This document shows positions 58,400 to 64,000 of a stretch of DNA of 64,000 nucleotides, piece after piece; the first letter of the stretch is position 1; each line of letters begins with the position of its first letter. The stretch comes from Octopus sinensis (lineage: Eukaryota). Location: contig NC_042999.1 of NCBI RefSeq assembly GCF_006345805.1, positions 85,622,001-85,686,000 on the forward strand, in the 5' to 3' direction. Made by a program: the position numbers and the translations under genes. A model generated the notes under the pieces. That model saw nothing but the letters and a program-made list of their open reading frames with translations. It was not told where the DNA came from and ran no database searches.

Positions 58400-58760
58400 A
58401 ACAACAAACAAGATGGGGACAAATATCCGTTAAATGTAAATAATGTAAAGATTTTCATACTTAACTTTTTTAGACATACTGTACAGATACTTAATAATTT
58501 GTTGACTATTGTGTGGTAACCAAGATAGAAAGTTATCAAACTGTAAGCAACTTATTTACTTATGTGGTAATTATAACTAATATATTATGGAACTTTTCTT
58601 GAGGGACGAACAATAATCAGTTATAATAATTAAAAGCTGATAGCTCTACATGGCAATAACTACAGTGTAAAGCCTAAAACCTTTAAAGGTTTGATGAAAG
58701 CATATCAGAACAGTTAATAAATGTTGTTGGCTCATGTAAATTCCATTTCATTTGTTTAGT

Positions 58761-58968
58761 CCTTTAACATTTAAACCGGCCAAAATATTCTACCTGTTTT
58801 ATGTTTAAGTTGGCCTGATCTCAACTCTCACACCAACCCTACAATATCATTAAAAAGTTAACAATTACCTTTTCAAAATCTCAAATCTATGAGATAATGC
58901 ATGGTTAATACAAAACAATGTGAATCAATAAGTGTTAAATTTGACAGAATAATGTGAATGCTAAAAGG
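58761..58968 (-). mobile_element. piggyBac-type MITE (~210 bp)
   Basis: Imperfect TIRs CCTTTAACATT and AATGCTAAAAGG followed by TTAA; homologous to the split copy at 43594-44594. Confidence 0.65.
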
Positions 58969-60114
58969 TTAAATGAGAGCACTATTGCATCATCTACTAG
59001 ACTAGCCTTTATTACTCAATTTCTTAAGGGTAATGAAATATTTGAGTGTAACCACAAGGGCTGAAATATGTAAATGAATTGTCAAACTGAGAGAGTAATC
59101 TTTCAAAAATAGTTTCTGCTACAACTGATAATGTGTCCTGCGTGACTAGTAGAAATGTAGATTTGTTTGTAAAATATGTTGGATAACCACTGGTAGCCTT
59201 TCGTTATATAATATATGGAAAGCTTTTGTGTGCAAAAGTTGACCATGTGGTTGCAAAGTGAGTTTCTTAACCACACAACCACACTTGTACTTATAGTTAA
59301 CAATTTGAAAAATAGTATTATAATATGTGTGTGTGTCTGTGTGTGTGTATTTTCTTGGGTCACAATGAGTATCTCTCTCTCTATCTCTCTCTATCTATCT
59401 CCCTATCTCTCTATCTATCTCCCTATCTCTCTTTCTATCTCTCCATCATCAACACCAAAATCAATACAACTACTTCCATTATCAACCCACCAACTCCTCA
59501 GCGACCAACAACAGCAGCAACAAGAGTATGAACAAGATAATCAACTCTGTCTAAAACAAGGCAATGATATGAGATAATCTGGTATCTTGGCATATTTTAA
59601 AAGTTGAACAAAATGTCTTTGATCTTAGGTCAATAAAGATTGACTTGAGACTAACTAGTAGCAAAAATACAAGTAACAAGAACTGCCACTGCCACTACAA
59701 AAAATAGTCCCCACCATCATTGACACTACAACAAATCCATCAACTTTTGAATAACCAGCTGATAACAACAATATGATAGCAATGTTTGTAACTACATATA
59801 TTTTGTCAACACAGTGGTGTGTATATATGTGTGTGTGAGTAGATTGTGGAGTTTTTATGACATAAGTCAGAGGTGTAAGGGGCAAAGTGCCCATAAATCT
59901 GGTAACCTTTCAAATAACTGTAATTGTACAGTATTTCCTCCTACCACTACACTTCATCTTCCCATCTTCTTTCTATTTTTACATTTATAGGAATGCGATA
60001 GTAATTTATTTTGGTCTCACAAGACAGTTCTTTCCTGGTGTTGCTCTATATTACATGTTTGTTACAGATAATTTATTGTTTTGCCTCTGCTGTTTGATTT
60101 ACCCACATTTCAAG

Positions 60115-62075
60115 ATGTCTGGAAAGAAGCCAAATGGAACTGAAGGTAGATGTGTGAACAGGAACCCAAAATAGATTACACTAGATATTAAACATACTAT
60201 TTAAAAAAAACTTAATACAGGAGTAAAAATAAGCCTCACAACCAAAACATCAAAGCATACAACATCCACTGTGGGAACAATATGTGACAACAGAGAGAAA
60301 ATTAAGTCAACTGCCCAAGAGGCTATTTCATCAACTGCTCAGATTTTACTGTTTCTTAGATCTGATGTGATATTTAGAAATGGAAAGGCTGTTGAGTGTA
60401 TGGATTTCTTTTTTTACTCTTTTACTCATTTCAGTCATTTGACAGCGGCCATGCTGGAGCACTGCGTTTAGTCGAAGAAATCAATGCCAGGATTTATTCT
60501 TTGTAAGCCTAGTACTTATTTTATCAGTTCTTTTGCCGAACTGCTAAGTGACAGAGACGTAAACACACCAGCATTGGTTGTCAAGCGATGTTGAGGGACA
60601 AACACAGACACACACACACACATATATATGACAGGCTTCTTTCAGTTTCCATCTACCAAATCCACTCACAAGGCTTTGGTCAGCCCGAAGCTATAGTAGA
60701 AGATGCCATGCACTGGGACTGAACCCGGAACCATGTGGTTGGTAGGCAAGCTACTTACCACACAGCCATTCCTGTGCCTGGAAAAAGTAGGTTTTCATGT
60801 ACGTGTGGAACTCGAACCCAAACCTCTTTGTTTATGTGACCTAATGTAATACTGATTACACCAACACACCAACCTGATAAAAGCTAAAAGTTTGTGTGAT
60901 GATTTGCAGAAAAAGGAAAGTAAAACATCTTGTGAAAAACCTTTTCTGGCTAATAAAGACTGGTCTAAATGGTTTAAGAAGTGCTTGTATTTGTATAACA
61001 TAAAAATAACTGATGGAACTGTCAGTACTGATACCTGTTATCTTGAGCAGCTGAGAAAAATGTTTGCTAAAGAGGGTTACACATTAGAGCCAGTATAGAA
61101 TGTTGATGAAACTGCACCTTCCTGTAAGTCTTCTAAAATTTTTATTTCTCAAGAAGGAAAATCAGCACCGGAATTTAAAGCTTCCAAAATCTTCTGGAAC
61201 TTCTGATAAGAAATAGTACTGGTGATATTAAATTAAACCCCTTGCTTGTGTATCATTCCAAAAGTCCAAGGTTCTTCAAGGGTTAAGCAAAATTTAAATC
61301 TAATTCTGATTTAACATTCAAATAAAAATGCATGGATGATTAAAACTTTTTTTGAAGAGTGTTTACAATAATTTTTGTCTTTTCTGTAGAAAGGTATGGT
61401 GTAAGACATATTTCCAACAAGAGTATTACTCATTTTAAGCAATATATCAAGTAATTTAGTGAACTTAAATGAGCTTTCTTGTAATACAAAAGTAAATATT
61501 CCTAAGAACCCTAGAATTGAAAAAAACTTTTGCCAATGGATTGAAGTGCAATAGCTAACTTCAAGGCATTTTACCTGAGAACTTTCAAACAACTTATGAA
61601 AGCAACAGGGAAAATAAATAAACTTTCAGTTAGGGAAGAAGTTCGACAGAATGGATACTGTAGTTAACATAGCTGAGTCATAGAATGAAGTGAAACTCTC
61701 AACTCTGAATGGTGATTGGAAAAAATATATGGCCAAACTGTATCTGTGACTTGACAAGTTTTCCATAAGCAGAAATCTGCATCAAATATGGAACATTTAC
61801 AAATCGTGTAATATTTGAAGAAGTCTTGAAGGATAATGTGTTTGAGATGCAAATGTTCTATACAGAAAGTTTTCTAACAAGAAGCTGATGCTGTTAGAAT
61901 AAGAGCAAGCTGAGAATACAGAAGAAGGGTCTGCAAATTTTTACTGATAACAATTGTGACATAAAAATTACAACCTTAGCATAAAAATTACAAAAGGAGT
62001 TTACAATATTAATCTATACAAAGAGTTGATGTGCCATAAACATCAAACAACTTTGGATAAGTTCTTCACCTCTTG
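60115..62075 (+). pseudogene. Degenerate Tigger/pogo transposase interrupted by a SINE
   Basis: ITLDIK...STVGTICDNREKIK N-terminal HTH, KAKSLCDDL, WFKK, NVDET, KASK, KLNPLLVYHS motifs and C-terminal KQTTLDKFF; many stops. Confidence 0.8.
60405..60778 (-). mobile_element. tRNA-derived SINE nested in the Tigger element
   Basis: Same family as 56656-57094; the transposase reading resumes after it. Confidence 0.85.
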
Positions 62076-62604
62076 AGAAGTTGTTGCTGATGCACTTTAA
62101 TGACAGAAGATAGTGTCCCTTATCTTCCCAGTAACTCTCATTCCAACCCCTCACATGGTAGTCAACATCTTTTGTGGTAAGAATGTACACTATTATAATA
62201 TGATTCTTATTTATTCCTTGATGTATTTCTTGTCAAATTTTTTTATGTATAAATATTGTACTGTGTATGTTTAAAAATTGTTTTTTCTATGCATAAAAGT
62301 GGTTGTGTTGCTTGTTTAATTTTGTTTGTTTTAGTTCTTTTCTTTTTTTTTTCAAAAAAAAATTCCTTTGGAATGCATCTGACTATAACAAGAACAACAA
62401 ATGGAAAATAATTTTGCACAACAGAATTTCGCATTATGGCAAGATTTTCAGGAACAGATTACTTCTGTAATATACACGATTATTGTATTTACTAACCTTA
62501 AAAAGCACAAAGCAAATCTTCAAATTTCTTAGAAAATAAGTAGCATTCAAAAGCAACAGTCTAGTATCACTGAGTCAGCCGCTGATTAAGTTTCTAAAAT
62601 GTGC

Positions 62605-62995
62605 AGCATGACTGTGTGGTTAAGAAGTTTACCTCCCAACCACATGGTTTCAAGATCTGTCCCACTGTTTGGCATCTTGTGCAAATGCCTTCTACTACTG
62701 TTCTGGGCCAACCAAAGCCTAATTAGTAGATTTGGTTGATGGAAGCTAAAAGAAGCCATTCATAAATATGTGTGTGCATGTGCTTTCTTCTCTTAATATC
62801 ATGTGGTAGTAAATAAGTGTCTCCATAATACAAATGATGTCATTTATTTCCAATCTTCTTGGGGAAATATTGCCATGCTTGGAAACTACTAAGAGCTGGC
62901 TAGAGGAAGGGCATCTAGCCGCAGAAAATCTACCTCAGTGACTTCCTTCTAAGACTTGCAAGTATGGAAAAGACAATAATAAAATGATGATGACA
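62605..62995 (+). mobile_element. tRNA-derived SINE with RTE-type (GAT)n tail
   Basis: Head CATGACTGTGTGGTTAAG...CCCACTG...; tail GGAAGGGCATCTAGCCGCAGAAAA...ATGATGATGAC. Confidence 0.7.
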
Positions 62996-63801
62996 GTGGT
63001 GATTTATCAAGTTTAGTTCATTTTAAGGGACTGGAAAATTCCTGAAGTGTGCCAATAATGTAAACTAAATAATCTGGATTTGGAAATGCTGCAATAGATT
63101 GATTTAGGTAACTTTGAGAATAGACTGTCTTTATAACATTATAGACACTTGGGTTATTCAAAAATGCTTTTCAATTAAAACTATTTTGAGATGCAACTAA
63201 TTGATTTACAAAGCAGCTCAAACTGGATGCAAAAATATCTCTATACCTGAGAGCTGAATAAGCAAACATTGAAAGCAATCCCTGTTAGTGACAGGAATAG
63301 CATGGGAAATAAAGATTTGAAACTCTAGAATCCCATTCCTGTAACTTTGTCTGTTTCAAAAACTTTGCAGTGGCAATATTAACAAGTATTTTCACTAACA
63401 TACACATATGTATCTTTGTTTCCAGTGACAAACTTTGTCAAGTCTAAATATAGTCTTAGTAACGAAACCAGTGCTGCAAGCTCTCAAAACAATCAAATAC
63501 AAGTGTAATATAAAGTATCTGTTACCAGTTGCATAGCAGCAAAAGTCTCACAGAAAATGTTCATTTTCCCATTCTTTGCTAGTTTTAAAAAATATTCATA
63601 TCCCTTGTTTCTTATTATTAATGTGTATTATAATTTGTAAATAATACTCTTTTTCTGTTGTCATGTTTAAAAACATTGATATTATTTTCTGTCTTGCTTA
63701 TTAAAGTACATATCTATTTATAAGTTATTCTTCAAGAGTCTTTTTAATGCCATTGACACTAATTGCTTAAACATGCTTCCTAAAATACTCTCCTTCCTTT
63801 T

Positions 63802-64000
63802 AATTTCTCAGTGGTATTTTTGTTAAACAATAAACATCAAAATTTCTTTTTCCTGGAAAAAAGGCTTGTTTTTGTTATTTATTCATTTATTTTACTTTTT
63901 GAGTCACTTAATATAAATAAATTTCTCAGTGGTATTTTTGTTAGATAATAAACATCAAAACTTCTTTTTCCTGGAAAAAAGGCTTGTTTTTGTTATTTAT
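63802..64000. repeat. 118-bp tandem repeat running off the window end
   Basis: AATTTCTCAGTGGTATTTTTGTTA...CCTGGAAAAAAGGCTTG starts at 63802 and again at 63920. Confidence 0.85.

Larger units (their letters stand above)
57866..58446. mobile_element. TSD-flanked palindromic insertion: two head-to-head tRNA-headed units with Penelope-like, hammerhead-containing tails
   Basis: Arms 57903-58183 and 58186-58449 are imperfect reverse complements; 14-bp direct repeat AAAGATTTTCATAC at 57852-57865 and 58447-58460; A-box-like 58196-58210 and B-box GAGTTCAATTCC 58239-58250. Confidence 0.85.

Noticed and set aside
59215-59894. Second gene suggested by the Q/S/T-rich ORFs
   Set aside because: Low-complexity CA/CT-rich sequence with no recognisable domain or consistent splice pattern; I cannot support any gene between 47160 and 64000.

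Overview
AT-rich, intron-rich animal genomic DNA. The repeat families look like those of coleoid cephalopods, most likely an Octopus species; this is recognition from memory, not a database hit. Bases 1-47028 (+) carry the 3' ~36% of a cytoplasmic dynein-1 heavy chain gene. I traced 39 exons by hand; all introns are GT-AG and phase-consistent, giving 5079 coding nt (1692 aa plus stop) from AAA4 through stalk/MTBD, AAA5, buttress and AAA6 to the C-terminal domain, with AATAAA about 90 nt after the stop. The introns and the gene-free 17 kb downstream are filled with tRNA-derived SINEs, RTE and CR1-like LINE ends, mariner, Tigger, piggyBac and Helitron relics, and microsatellites. The most interesting signals are non-coding RNA folds: (1) a 350-bp partial tandem repeat (50243-50781) with a type I hammerhead-ribozyme-like fold on the minus strand, resembling a retrozyme or Penelope pLTR, plus a diverged, structurally covarying sibling inside a dynein intron; (2) a TSD-flanked ~580-bp palindrome (57866-58446) of two head-to-head tRNA-like heads, each followed by a second, degenerate minimal hammerhead; (3) a near-perfect 143-bp-arm fold-back hairpin in a dynein intron; (4) unusual residues at conserved dynein positions, several one or two A-to-G changes away from the conserved residue and so candidates for A-to-I recoding. 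No ribozyme activity or editing is demonstrated here.
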